A stretch of 64,000 bases of DNA from positions 64,001-128,000 of the forward strand of contig CAVQSP010000009.1 in assembly GCA_963715985.1 (NCBI GenBank), written 5' to 3'. The notes beneath the pieces are model-generated. The model saw only the letters and a program-made list of their open reading frames with translations, ran no database searches and was not told the origin of the DNA. Each line of letters begins with the position of its first letter. Position 1 is the stretch's first letter. The DNA comes from an uncultured Thermoleophilia bacterium (lineage in GTDB: Bacteria > Actinomycetota > Thermoleophilia > UBA2241). Both the position numbers and the translations under genes were made by a program. Below, one piece after another: positions 54,089 through 64,000 of this stretch.

Positions 54089-54966
54089 GCGCCGGCCGCC
54101 CCGTCCGCTTCGAGACAGCCGGCGAGGAACGTGCGCAGCGCGCCCTCGAAGAGCTCCGGCTCGTCCTCGGGGACGTCGTGCGAGCTGCGCTCCCCGACGA
54201 CCCTGGTCACCGTGGCGTTGACGAGCCCCGCCTCCATCTCGTCGGAGCACACCGGCGGCGTGATGGGGTCGTGGACGCCGTTCAGGATCAGCGTGGGGCA
54301 GGTGATGCGGGCGAGGCTTGGGCGCAGGTCCATCCTCCAGGCCTCGTCCGAGAAGAAGTGGCGCGTCACCTCCGGGCGGATGACGGGGCGCGTCTCGCCG
54401 TAGCTGAGGTGCTCCGGGTCGCGCTTCACCGTGTAGAACGGGAAGCAGACGCGCATGAACTCCTCTTCGGCCGCCGGGTCCAGCTCGACGAGGAAGCGGC
54501 GCGCGATGGCTCTCGCCTCCGCGCCGCCCAGCCGCTCGAACGCCGGGCCGAACTGCTCCTCGGAGATCTGCGCCGCCGTGGAGAGCAGCAGGAGCCCGGC
54601 GATCTCGTCCGGGTAGCGCGCCGCGTAGGACTGCGCGACCATGCCGCCGAAGCTCCAGCCCAGGACGAACGGGCGCTCGATGCCGAGCGCCGCGCAGAAG
54701 GCGTGCACGTCGTCGCCCCAGCGCTCGAGGTTCCACAAGGCCGGGTCGCCGTCGTCGCTGCGCCCGTTGCCGCGGTGGTCGTACATGACCACCTGGACCA
54801 CGTCGCAGAGGGGGTCGAGCACGCCCTTGAAGTCCGTGTGGTCGAAGCCGGGGCCGCCGTGCAGCGCGAGGAGCACCGGCCTCTCGCGCATCACCGGGCC
54901 CTCAGGGACCAGCCCTGCGTTGAGCACGTCGAACCACAGGCGCACGTCGCCGATCGAGACTTTCAC
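54085..54966 (-). CDS. Alpha/beta hydrolase (proline iminopeptidase-like)
   Basis: LHGGPGFDH, YDHRGNGRS, GWSFGG, DPITP; AGGAG RBS. Confidence 0.85.
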   Translation of the reverse strand: MKVSIGDVRLWFDVLNAGLVPEGPVMRERPVLLALHGGPGFDHTDFKGVLDPLCDVVQVVMYDHRGNGRSDDGDPALWNLERWGDDVHAFCAALGIERPFVLGWSFGGMVAQSYAARYPDEIAGLLLLSTAAQISEEQFGPAFERLGGAEARAIARRFLVELDPAAEEEFMRVCFPFYTVKRDPEHLSYGETRPVIRPEVTRHFFSDEAWRMDLRPSLARITCPTLILNGVHDPITPPVCSDEMEAGLVNATVTRVVGERSSHDVPEDEPELFEGALRTFLAGCLEADGAAGA

Positions 54967-55139
54967 GGTAGCGTCTCCTCTCGTGGGGTCGTCGCCCCCG
55001 CGGAGGCGGACCGCAGCTGACAGGCCACCAGCACGCCCGGCTCGCCGGCCAGGGTTCGCACGGGCTCCTCCTCGCGGTGACAACGGCTGGACCTGCTCGA
55101 TCCTGATTCTCTCACCGCCGCCCACCTGCCCGCAGTCGG

Positions 55140-55200
55140 TTACGTACTGAAATTACGCACTATATGATAGTCTTGCGCAAATCGGGAGTCGGTGTCAATG
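55140..55200. promoter_or_regulatory. AT-rich divergent promoter/operator region
   Basis: Minus-strand TTGACA near 55193-55198; short palindromes ACTATATGATAGT and TTGCGCAA. Confidence 0.4.
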
Positions 55201-55292
55201 AGACTCCCGAGGGTGCGGACGACGGCGTCTCTTCTGGATGCGTGCCATATGCTACGTGACTGCGCTGTCGGCGCGTCGAACGCGGGCGATTC

Positions 55293-57564
55293 ATGGAGGC
55301 GAGGGTTGAGGGATGTCAGCAGAGGGCGGACGCTGGCGGACTCGGCACCTGTCTTCACCCAGCGGCGCCGGCCGCGGGCGGGTGCTCCCAACGTCGTGAT
55401 GATCCTGCTCGACGATCTGGGGTTCGCGCAGTTCGGCTGCTACGGCTCCGGCCTCATCACACCGCACGTGGACGCCCTTGCGGAGCAAGGCCTGCGCTAC
55501 AACAACTTCCACGTCACCGCGATCTGCTCCGCGACGCGAGCGTGCCTGTTGACCGGCCGCAACCACCATGCAGTCGGCATGGGCTTCTTCCCCGACCAGC
55601 CCATGGGCTTTCCCGGCTACAGCGGCCGGATCCCCAAGAGCGCGGGAACCTTGCCGCGGCTGCTGCGCGATGATGGCTACAGCACGTTCGCGGTGGGCAA
55701 GTGGCATCTCACGCCGCGTTTCGAGTGGACGGCGAGCGGCCCGTTCGACCGCTGGCCGCTGGGCATGGGTTTCGAGCGCTACTACGGCTTTCTCAGCGGG
55801 TGGACGAATCAGTGGAGCCCCGACCTGGCGTGTGACAACGGCCTGATCGAGCCACCCGCGTCGCCCGAGGACGGCTATCACCTGACGGAGGACCTCGCGA
55901 CGCAGGCGATCCGCTTCGTGCAGGACCAGCAGCAGGCCGCGCCGGACAAGCCGTTCTTCGTCTACTTCGCCCCCGGCGCCATGCATGACCCGCACCAGGT
56001 ACCTGCGTCATGGGTGGAGCCGTACCGCGGGCGTTTCGACGAGGGTTGGGAGGTACTGCGGCACCAGACGTTCCTCCGGCAGCAGGAGCTCGGTGTGGTG
56101 CCACCCGACACGACGCTCCCGGAGCGGCCCTCCTGGGTCGCGGCCTGGGACGACCTCTCCCCCGACGAACGCCGCGTGTTCGCGCGGCAGATGGAGGTGT
56201 ACGCCGGCTTCCTCACCCACACGGACGCCCAGATCGGGCGCCTGGTGGACTTCCTTGCCCGCATCGAGGTCCTGGACGACACCATCGTCATGGTCCTGTC
56301 GGACAACGGGGCGAGCGCTGAAGGCGGACCACAGGGATTCCTCGAGCCGGCTGCGCCCGACGTCGCTGCCATGCTGAGCCGCATCGACGACTTCGGTGGG
56401 CACCGGGCCTTCAACCACTACGCGTGGGGCTGGGCGTGGGCCGGCAACACGCCGTTCAAGCTGTGGAAGCGCTACTCGTGGCTCGGCGGCGTGCGGGTGC
56501 CGCTGATCGTCCGGTGGCCCGCCGGGATCTCCGCCGAGAGCAGCGGCGAGGTGCGCGGCCAGTTCTGCCACGCCATCGACCTGATGCCCACGATCCTCGC
56601 CGCCGCCGGGGTCGCTGTGCCCGAGGCGCTCGACGGCGTCTCCCAGCAGCCCGTCGACGGGGCGAGCATGCTCCCGACGTTCGGCGACGCCGGCAGTCCC
56701 AGTCCCCGAGGCACGCAGTACTTCGAGACCCTGGGCTCGCGCGCCATCTACCAGGATGGCTGGAAGGCCACCACGGATCATGTCGACAGCACGAGGCCGG
56801 CCGAGCGCGAGCTCATCGACGGCAGCTACGACTTCGACACCGATTCCTGGTCGCTGTTCCGCGTGGAGGAGGACTTCGCCGAGGCGCACGACCTCACGGA
56901 GGCACAGCCGGAACGCCTGCGCCAGATGATCGAGCTCTGGTGGCAGGAGGCTGACCGCAACCAGGTGCTGCCCTTGTGCGAGGGCATCCTCACCGAGCAG
57001 CGCGCCGCAAGCTTCGAGCCGCCGCCCTACCCGGACCGGCAGGACTACGTGTACCGGCCCGGCGGCGGCGCCGTCATCACGCCCTCGTTCCTCGCCGGCT
57101 TTCGCCTCGTCGCCGACATCGAAGTGCCGGACGGGATCTCCGCGTCCGGGGTCATCTGCGCTCACCACATCTACTCGTTCGGGGCCACAGTCCCCGGTGG
57201 CTGGGCCTGCTACGTCCTGGACGGGCGTCTGGTCGTCGCGTTCGACGCCGTGGGACTGACGACGCAGGTCACTGTGGACGATCTCAGCCTGGCCGGCAGG
57301 CACGAGGTAGGCATCGCCTACCTCCCCGACCCCGACGCCGATGGCCGGCTTCTCGTCACCCTGGACGGCCGGCAGTCGGCGACCCGCCGTGTCCCGGCCG
57401 GCCCCGGACGGGCAGTCCTGCGGTATCTCGAGGGCAAGCTCCTGATCGGCCGCGACGTGGGCTTCCCGCTCTGCGCCGACTACCGGCCGCCGTTTCCGTT
57501 CACCGGGCGCATCCACAGCGTCCGCTTCGCCGTTCCCGCCTCCACCGCCGAGAGACCCGCGTGA
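55293..57564 (+). CDS. Cys-type arylsulfatase (start uncertain, probable indel near 55315)
   Basis: APNVVMILLDDLG, CSATRACLLTGRNHH, GKWHL, GFERYYGF, SDNGAS, NTPFKLWK. Confidence 0.9.
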
Positions 57565-57622
57565 AGACCCCCAGGGTGTGCCGCGCCACGATTGAGGCGG
57601 ACCGGCAGGCGTCCGTACTCCG

Positions 57623-59056
57623 CTATCGCTCCAGAAGGCGCGCCAGCTTCGTGTCGACGTCGGGGGGGAGCGGCATCGGCCGATGATCCTCGAGGAGCTG
57701 CCGGACCTTGGCGTTCACCCGATCGCGCATCGTGAGGGACCCGCCCTTCGCCCAGCTGCCGTGGTTCTGCCGATCCTCCAGCTCGGGCGACCAAGCCGAG
57801 CGGCAGTGTGTCGACGTGTGCTTGTGGCTCAGGAACGTCCCGCCGGGTCCGACGTCGTGCGTCACGCCGACGGCAAGCGATTCCTCGTCCACGCGGATGC
57901 CGCCGAGCAGGTGGGCGCACTTGCCGATCATCTCGTTCGTGAACACCAGCTGCTCGAACGAGGACGTCATGCCGCCCTCGATGAAGCCCACGTCGTGCGC
58001 CAGGTTGGAGCCCGAGAGCGCCGCCATCATCACCCAGGTCGCCGCGTCGGCGGCCGCCTGCTCATCGAAGCACTTGGCGTCCGTGCAGCCGGCGTAGCCC
58101 CAGGCCGGCAGATCGTAGTACTCCGCCAGCTCCGAGATCGCAGCCATGGTCAGCATGAACTCCGGTGATCCGTAGCTCGAGATAGACGTGCGCATGTCCA
58201 GCGTCAGGATGCCGCCGCCCGAGACGACCGGCGTGCCCTTCCTCTTCAACTGGGCGATCAGTATCCCGGCCAGGGACTCGGCGTTGGCGAGCGCCAGGCC
58301 GCCCGCCGGCGTGACCGGCCCCGTGCCTCCGCTGAGCATCCCGGACATGAAGATGCACGGGATGCCGTGCTCCGCGCAGAACAGCAACTTCTGCATGTCG
58401 TCGGGAGCGAAGCCGAGGGGCGACACAGGCTCGATGTACATGATCGCGAAGGGCCGCTGCCGGAAGGCGTCCTCTCCGCCGGCGACGGCGCCCGCCATCT
58501 CGAGCAGCCTGCCCGCGGCCGCCACATCCAGTGCCGTGTAGACGAGGGGTTTGGTGGAGTTGCGCATCATCGCCGCGAAGTGGTGCAGTTCGGCAGTCTC
58601 GGCCGCCACGTCTGAGGCGATGCCCATGCACATGAGGAAGTCGATGTTCGGCAGGGCGTCACCGACGCGGGCAAAACCGGCGACGTCGGCCAGCAGCGGT
58701 CGACGGCGCTCGCCCGTGTACGGATCGATCACGTTGGGTGTGTCGGAACCGGTGCCGAAGTAGGTGCGGCGCCGGCCCACGTGCATGGCCTCCGCACCGT
58801 TGCGGTCGTAGATCGTGATGCTGCTCGGACTGGACCTCACAGCCCAGTCGATGAGATGCGCCGGGATCCGGACGAGCCCACCGGCACCCACGTGCGCGCC
58901 GGCGTCTGCCAGCAGGGCGGTGGCTTCGTCGCTGTAGACACGTACTCCGGTCTGCCGGAGTATGCGCATGCTGGCGTCATGGATATCGTCCAGCTGACTG
59001 CGCGAGAGGATGCGGAAGCCCACGGTTTCCAGGGGCGCTGATCCGGTGGTGATCAT
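57623..59056 (-). CDS. mttB: MttB-family methyltransferase, non-pyrrolysine
   Basis: IHDASMRILRQTGV, PVSPL, GGTGPVTPAG.LA..NAE.LAG, LDMRT...YGSPE, AGCTDAKCFDEQAA. Confidence 0.92.
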   Translation of the reverse strand: MITTGSAPLETVGFRILSRSQLDDIHDASMRILRQTGVRVYSDEATALLADAGAHVGAGGLVRIPAHLIDWAVRSSPSSITIYDRNGAEAMHVGRRRTYFGTGSDTPNVIDPYTGERRRPLLADVAGFARVGDALPNIDFLMCMGIASDVAAETAELHHFAAMMRNSTKPLVYTALDVAAAGRLLEMAGAVAGGEDAFRQRPFAIMYIEPVSPLGFAPDDMQKLLFCAEHGIPCIFMSGMLSGGTGPVTPAGGLALANAESLAGILIAQLKRKGTPVVSGGGILTLDMRTSISSYGSPEFMLTMAAISELAEYYDLPAWGYAGCTDAKCFDEQAAADAATWVMMAALSGSNLAHDVGFIEGGMTSSFEQLVFTNEMIGKCAHLLGGIRVDEESLAVGVTHDVGPGGTFLSHKHTSTHCRSAWSPELEDRQNHGSWAKGGSLTMRDRVNAKVRQLLEDHRPMPLPPDVDTKLARLLER

Positions 59057-60564
59057 GGTGAGTCCCTCCGAGACGTCGGCGGTGCAGGTACACGAGTGGA
59101 ATCCAGCAGCGTCAGCAGGTCCGGCGCGTCGTCGATGCCCATCTGGCGAGCGGTCTCCGCGACCACCTCGCCGGCCTGGGCGAGCAAGCCCCGCTCGAGC
59201 CCCACCGGCTCCTGAGCCAGCGCCTCTGCGACCTTGCGGCGCGCGCGCTCCAGCATGCTCTCTCCCGCGCTCCAGCTCTCTTGCGTGCCGCGGAACGAGA
59301 GCCTGCTCTGCACCTTCTCGGTGCGAAGGTACTCGCGCGTCTGGCGGAGCCCCAGGAACCCGGCTCCGGAGAGCGCTCCGCGCTGCATCTCGGCGACGTC
59401 GAGCACAGTCTCGTCCGCCGGCCGCTCCTCGAGCGACCAGCGGATCCAGCGCGAGATCTCGTCGTCGATGACGAGCATCTCCAGCGAGCCTCCCACCGCC
59501 GCCTGCATGAGGCCCATGCCCGAGACGAAATCCGGGCGCGCGATCGAGGCCAGCAGCGCGCCGATGGCCCGCTCGAACCCACACTGCACGTCGATCACCC
59601 TGCTGTCGCTGGACAGTCCGTACACATCGCAGCGCATGCCGTACCGATGGGCGAGGATCGTTGCCGCCTGGGCTGTGGAACCGATCTCGGGCCCGCCCAT
59701 GAGGGCCTGGCCGGTACGAGAGTCGCAGGGCATGAGCCTGGAGCCGTAGGTGACGGGGGTCCCCGGCCTTGCCGCCTGGGCGACGACAAGGCCGCACAGC
59801 GCTTCCGCGGTCTGCTGTGCGAGCGCGGCCGCGAGGGGCGCCGGGGCGGTCGTACCGGCGAGAGGGCACGGCAGCACGGTGCAGGCGGCGCCGAGCCGGG
59901 CGGCCTCGACGAGCGCCTCCGCCGGTCCGGCGCCGAAGCTGAGCGGCGACAGCGGGGAGAACGCCAGGCTGATGGCGTAGCGATCCTGAGCGACGTCGCC
60001 GCCCACTGCGTCCTGAGCAAGCCGGCAGAGGCCTCGGACCTGGGCGACAGACCACAGCCCCGGCCCACTGATGCACTTGTCGGTCTGCGCCAGGCAGGCG
60101 ACGTAGCTGACGAGCGGCTCGAGGTCGCCCGGAAGCCCGCTGGGTCCGAAGAGCGGCAGCACCAGGTCGGGGTGCTCGCAGTGGTGCTGCACGCGCACCG
60201 CCGCGGACACGTCGGCGAGCGTTGCGGGACGCTGCTCGCCGGTATCGGGATCGACGACTGACGGCGCTCCCGCGAGCGGATGCGTGCGCGGCGCCGTGCC
60301 GCCCTCACCCACGACCAGCGAGCGGGCGTCGTCCCGCGCGACGAGCGTGAAGGTCCGAGGGGCGGCCGCCGACGCCTTCTCCACGACCTCCCAGGGGATC
60401 GTGACGCGCCCGCCGTCGGACTCGGTGCACCCATACTCGACCATGAGGTCTCGCACGGCCTCCGACTGGACGGCCATCCCCACCGTGCTCAGGAGATCTC
60501 GAGTCGCGCGCTCTATCGCGTCGATCGCCGATCCCGGCCAGAGACTCACTTCACGCCTGTCCAC
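59053..60564 (-). CDS. mttB: MttB-family methyltransferase, non-pyrrolysine (divergent)
   Basis: AAGGAG RBS; APRTFTL.ARD, PLSPL, AGTTAPAPLA.AL....AE.L.G, D.RTG...GGPE, SSDSRVIDVQCGFE. Confidence 0.88.
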   Translation of the reverse strand: MDRREVSLWPGSAIDAIERATRDLLSTVGMAVQSEAVRDLMVEYGCTESDGGRVTIPWEVVEKASAAAPRTFTLVARDDARSLVVGEGGTAPRTHPLAGAPSVVDPDTGEQRPATLADVSAAVRVQHHCEHPDLVLPLFGPSGLPGDLEPLVSYVACLAQTDKCISGPGLWSVAQVRGLCRLAQDAVGGDVAQDRYAISLAFSPLSPLSFGAGPAEALVEAARLGAACTVLPCPLAGTTAPAPLAAALAQQTAEALCGLVVAQAARPGTPVTYGSRLMPCDSRTGQALMGGPEIGSTAQAATILAHRYGMRCDVYGLSSDSRVIDVQCGFERAIGALLASIARPDFVSGMGLMQAAVGGSLEMLVIDDEISRWIRWSLEERPADETVLDVAEMQRGALSGAGFLGLRQTREYLRTEKVQSRLSFRGTQESWSAGESMLERARRKVAEALAQEPVGLERGLLAQAGEVVAETARQMGIDDAPDLLTLLDSTRVPAPPTSRRDSP

Positions 60565-60661
60565 TGCTGCTCCTTGTCGAGCATCGAAGGGCTGACGGCG
60601 CGGGCTGCGGAGCGATGTCGCGACTCTCGCAGGCGCGTCAGGTCGCTCCCGGGCGCGCCGG

Positions 60662-62759
60662 CTATGACCGCACGTCTTGGTCACTCGGCCCGGGCAGCGG
60701 CAGCCCGAGCTCGCGCATGAGAAAGCCGAGCCACTCGGCCACCTGGTCCGGGTCGGTGCCGACGCTGAGGTGGCCGCCGTCGGGCCGGGCGCGCAGGAGG
60801 ACGGGGTGTGCGGAGCGATTGGCGGCAAGCAGGCGGGCCGCGAACTTGCGCGCGTGCCACGGGGCGCAGCGGACATCGTTCGCCCCGGTCCAGACCAGGG
60901 TGGGCGGGTACGACGCGTCTTGGGCATTCTGGTAGGGCGAGTACGCCGCCAGCACCGCTGCATCCGCAGCCGACGTCGGGTCGCCATACTCGACGACCAC
61001 CCCCCAGTACGTGTAGGGAGGGCGCTCGCAGCGGAGGAGGTCGGTCACCGGCACCTGGACACACACGGCACCCCAGAGCTCCGGGCGCTGGGTCAGCGCG
61101 ACGGCGGCCAGGATGCCGCCGCTCGACTCCCCCACGAAGCCGAGCCGGGCGGACGTCGTCACGCCCTCGGCGAGCAGCGCCTCGGCGATCACGTAGAGGT
61201 CGTCGAACGTGCCCTGCTTGCTCGCGAGCCGGCCTTCGAGCCATTGGCGCTCACCGTACTCGCCGCCGCCTCGCAGATGCGCGATCACGACGATCCCGCC
61301 GGCGAGCACAAAGGGGGCCAGCTTGCCCAGATACGCAGGCACGAAGGCGACGTTGGAGGCGCCATAGCCGAAGATGAGCGTGGGCCGTGGCAGCGAGCGC
61401 GCGGCGTCGCTGCTGCGAGATCAGCGTGTACGACGCTTCACGGCCGTTCGCGGCGACGGCCTTCCGGACCTCGCCGTACACACCGTCGAGGACGAACGCC
61501 GGCGGCTGGAGCAGCGTGAGCCGCCGCGACGGGACGTGGTAGAGGTAGGTGGCCGGGGAGCGTCCGGGAGAGGCGAACGTGAACGTGAACGACTCACCGC
61601 ACGCGACCACGCTCCCCCCCTCGATGGGGGGGAAGATCTTGTAGTTGCCGCTGAAGGCGTGCTCGGCCACGACGCCGCGCTCGGGAAGCGGCACATCATC
61701 GACGAACGTCCCATCCCGGTCGAGGATGCGGACCCGCGCGGCGGCGCCCTGAAGGCTGCACACGACGTAGTACCCGGCGACGTCGTCGACGCTCACCAGG
61801 ACCTCGTCGGACTCCGCCAACAGCTCGACCCAGGTGGACCTGTCGTGCGCGGACTCGAGCGGCAGGCGCACGAGACGTCCACGCGGGGCATCTTCGCTGA
61901 CCACCGCGACGTAGTCGTCGCCGTCGACGAAGCCATAGGCCCGCTTGTCCATCCGATCCTCGAGGACCTCGAACCACTCACCGTCCGGCAGGCGGCGCGC
62001 GAGCACGATGCGTCCCCCGCTGCGGCAGCTGCTGAGCGTGAGCCACCGCCCATCCGCCGAGACCTGGGGATACCCGCCGAGCGGCTCCGGATTCGAGGCC
62101 TGCGCGATCCCCAGCGCCGCGATCGACTCGCGCCGCGGTTCCCCATCGCCGACCGCCAGGAACAGCAGGTCGCGTGGCTGGTTCATCACGTAAGGACCCG
62201 CGGGGAAGAAGAAGCCGCTCGAATCCGGAAGCCAGGCCACCCGGGTGTTCCAGCACTCGGGGACCGCGACGGGAAGCAACTCCTCGCGCTCCAGGTCAAG
62301 CAGGCGCAGGACGCACTGTTCGTCGCCGCCCCAGGAGACACCGACTGCGGCGTAGCGGCCGTCGGGCGAGGGGAAGAACCAGTCCAGAGTCGCCGGCCGG
62401 CCGGGCTCGGAGAACGCGTCGACGGGCAGGACCACGCGCCACGGGCCCGCCGGTCCTGCGGCCGACTCCAGCCGCTCTCCATCGTCGCCGTACGCGAACC
62501 GCAGCCAGCGGTCGCCGCAGCCGTGGGGGGCGCTCACGTACGTCGCGCCCAGGTGGTCGCCCAGCATCTGTCTCAGAGCATCGAAGCCCTCCACGTCGCG
62601 CAGGCGGGCCTCCGCGACGGCGTTGTGCGCCCTTTGCCAGGCAAGCGACTCCGGGCTGTCGTCCTCCAGCCACACGTACGGGTCTTCGTAGTCGAGCCCT
62701 CCCGCGACGACACGGACAGGCCGCAGCTCCGCGAGCGGGGCCGCGAACTCGCCGTTCAC
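60662..62759 (-). CDS. Prolyl oligopeptidase (S9A), copy 2 (frameshift near 61400)
   Basis: EDPYVWLE, SPDGRY, LRGGGEYG, GESSGG, NDVRC, ARPDGGH; close paralog of 45572-47669. Confidence 0.88.
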
Positions 62760-63811
62760 CGCGAGCCCTTCGACAGCCCGGACGAGCGCAGATGACAGGC
62801 CACCAGGGTCGTGCCGCCTGAGGCTGCCGGCAGCAGCTGCGGCACCTCGACGCGGCAGCGCTCCTCGACGATCGGGCAGCGCGGATGGAAGCGGCAGCCG
62901 GGCGGCACGTGGGAGGCATCCGGCGGCTCACCCGGCAGGGTGCGCACGCGTTCCTCCTCGCGGTGCACGCGTGGTACCGCGTAGATCAGCGCCTGGGTGT
63001 AGGGGTGCTGCGGAGAGTCGATCACGGCGTGTGCGACGCCAAGCTCGACGAGGTTGCCGTGGTACATGACCGCGACCCGGTCGGCGACGTGAGCCGCCGT
63101 GGCGAGGTCGTGGGTGATCATGAGGATGCCGAGGCGCTCCTCCCTGCGCAGGCGGTCGAGCAGCTCGAGGATGCCGGCGCGCACGGAGACGTCGAGCATG
63201 GAGACGGGCTCGTCGGCAACGAGCAGGCTGAGGGCAGCAGGACGAGGCTGCCGGCGATGGCGACGCGCTGGCGCTGACCGCCGGAGAGCTGGTGCGGGTA
63301 GCGCTCGCTGAAGCTCGCGACCGGGGTGAGGCCGACCTTGGTGAGGGCGTCGGAGACGAGCTCCTCCTCGGCCGCCTTGTCGCGCGCGAGGCCGTGGATG
63401 CGCAGCGCCTCGGCGACCAGCTCGCGGGTGCGCAGGCGCGGGTCGAGGGCTGCGTAGGGGTCCTGGTGGATGAGCTGGGCGCGGCGGCGCAGCGGGCGCA
63501 GCTGGCGCCGCGAGAGGGCGGTCACGTCGCGGCCCTCGAGGAGGACCGTCCCGGCCGTCGGGTCGAGGAGGCGCAGGGCGGCGAGCGCCAGCGTCGTCTT
63601 GCCCGAGCCCGACTCGCCGACGAGGGCGAGGAGCTCGCCGGCGTCGAGGTGCAGGGAGACGCCGTCGACGGCGCGGGCGACGCTGCCGCCGCGCCCGCCG
63701 AGGCGGTCGCCGAGCGAGCGCTTGAGGGCGAAGTGCACGGCGAGGTCGCGGACCTCGAGAAGATGGGCGGCGGCGGAGCGGCCACGGGCTCTGAGGGGCG
63801 GCGGCGCTCAC
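62756..63811 (-). CDS. oppF: Oligopeptide ABC transporter ATP-binding protein (frameshifts near 63765 and 63235)
   Basis: RAVDGVS, GESGSGKTT, QDPY, LSGGQRQR, ADEPVSMLDVS, PQHPYTQAL, GCRFHPRC...VACH. Confidence 0.88.
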   Translation of the reverse strand: MSAAAPQSPWPLRRRPSSRGPRPRRALRPQALARRPPRRARRQRRPRRRRRLPAPRRRRAPRPRRRVGLGQDDAGARRPAPPRPDGRDGPPRGPRRDRPLAAPAAPAAPPRPAHPPGPLRSPRPAPAHPRAGRRGAAHPRPRARQGGRGGARLRRPHQGRPHPGRELQRALPAPALRRSAPARRHRRQPRPAALSLLVADEPVSMLDVSVRAGILELLDRLRREERLGILMITHDLATAAHVADRVAVMYHGNLVELGVAHAVIDSPQHPYTQALIYAVPRVHREEERVRTLPGEPPDASHVPPGCRFHPRCPIVEERCRVEVPQLLPAASGGTTLVACHLRSSGLSKGSR

Positions 63812-64000
63812 GCCGGCCGCCCCTGCGCGACGGCGTGACAGGCGACGACGTGCCCGGCCCCTTGCAGGTGCGGGCGCTCGGCGCAGGCCTCGAACGCGCG
63901 CGGGCAGCGCGGCGCGAAGGCACAGCCGCTCACGGGTTCGTCGAGGCGCGGCGGCGTGCCGGGGATGGAGACCAGGGGCCGGTCGCGGTTGACCACCGGT
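63808..64000 (-). CDS. oppD: Oligopeptide ABC ATPase C-terminus (partial, right edge)
   Basis: SIPGTPP...GCAFAPRC....C.......VACH. Confidence 0.75.
   Translation of the reverse strand, partial: PVVNRDRPLVSIPGTPPRLDEPVSGCAFAPRCPRAFEACAERPHLQGAGHVVACHAVAQGRPA

Noticed and set aside
21095-60564. Pyrrolysine recoding in the mttB genes
   Set aside because: None of the three has an in-frame TAG at the Pyl position and no pyl genes are in the window

Overview
High-GC bacterial window. Gene content (2-oxoacid:ferredoxin oxidoreductase, flavodiiron protein, LutABC, three MttB-family methyltransferases) suggests an anaerobic Actinomycetota such as Thermoleophilia; this is inference. Many genes carry single-base indels, probably assembly errors, so several coordinates are stitched across frames. 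Left to right: a HAD-GH65 fusion; cysteine desulfurase-like and homoserine dehydrogenase genes; a VapBC pair; an amino-acid oxidation operon (ilvE, POR with a gamma-GltD-ferredoxin fusion and an ACT-fused beta subunit, CoA transferase, class III aminotransferase) divergent from a FadR gene; DMT transporters, fprA and mttB. At 22.7-28.4 kb lie a cyclase-AAA-TPR sensor and a GYD-domain small protein directly upstream of a B12-dependent CX7CX2C RiPP-type radical SAM; this is the best candidate for an undescribed system. Then come TIGR00300, lutABC, a family-5 SBP, aguB with an atypical carbamoyltransferase, a ~12.7 kb operon of amide/peptide hydrolases, an arylsulfatase, two more mttB genes, a second prolyl oligopeptidase and Opp ATPases. 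No rRNA, tRNA, CRISPR array or transposase was recognised.
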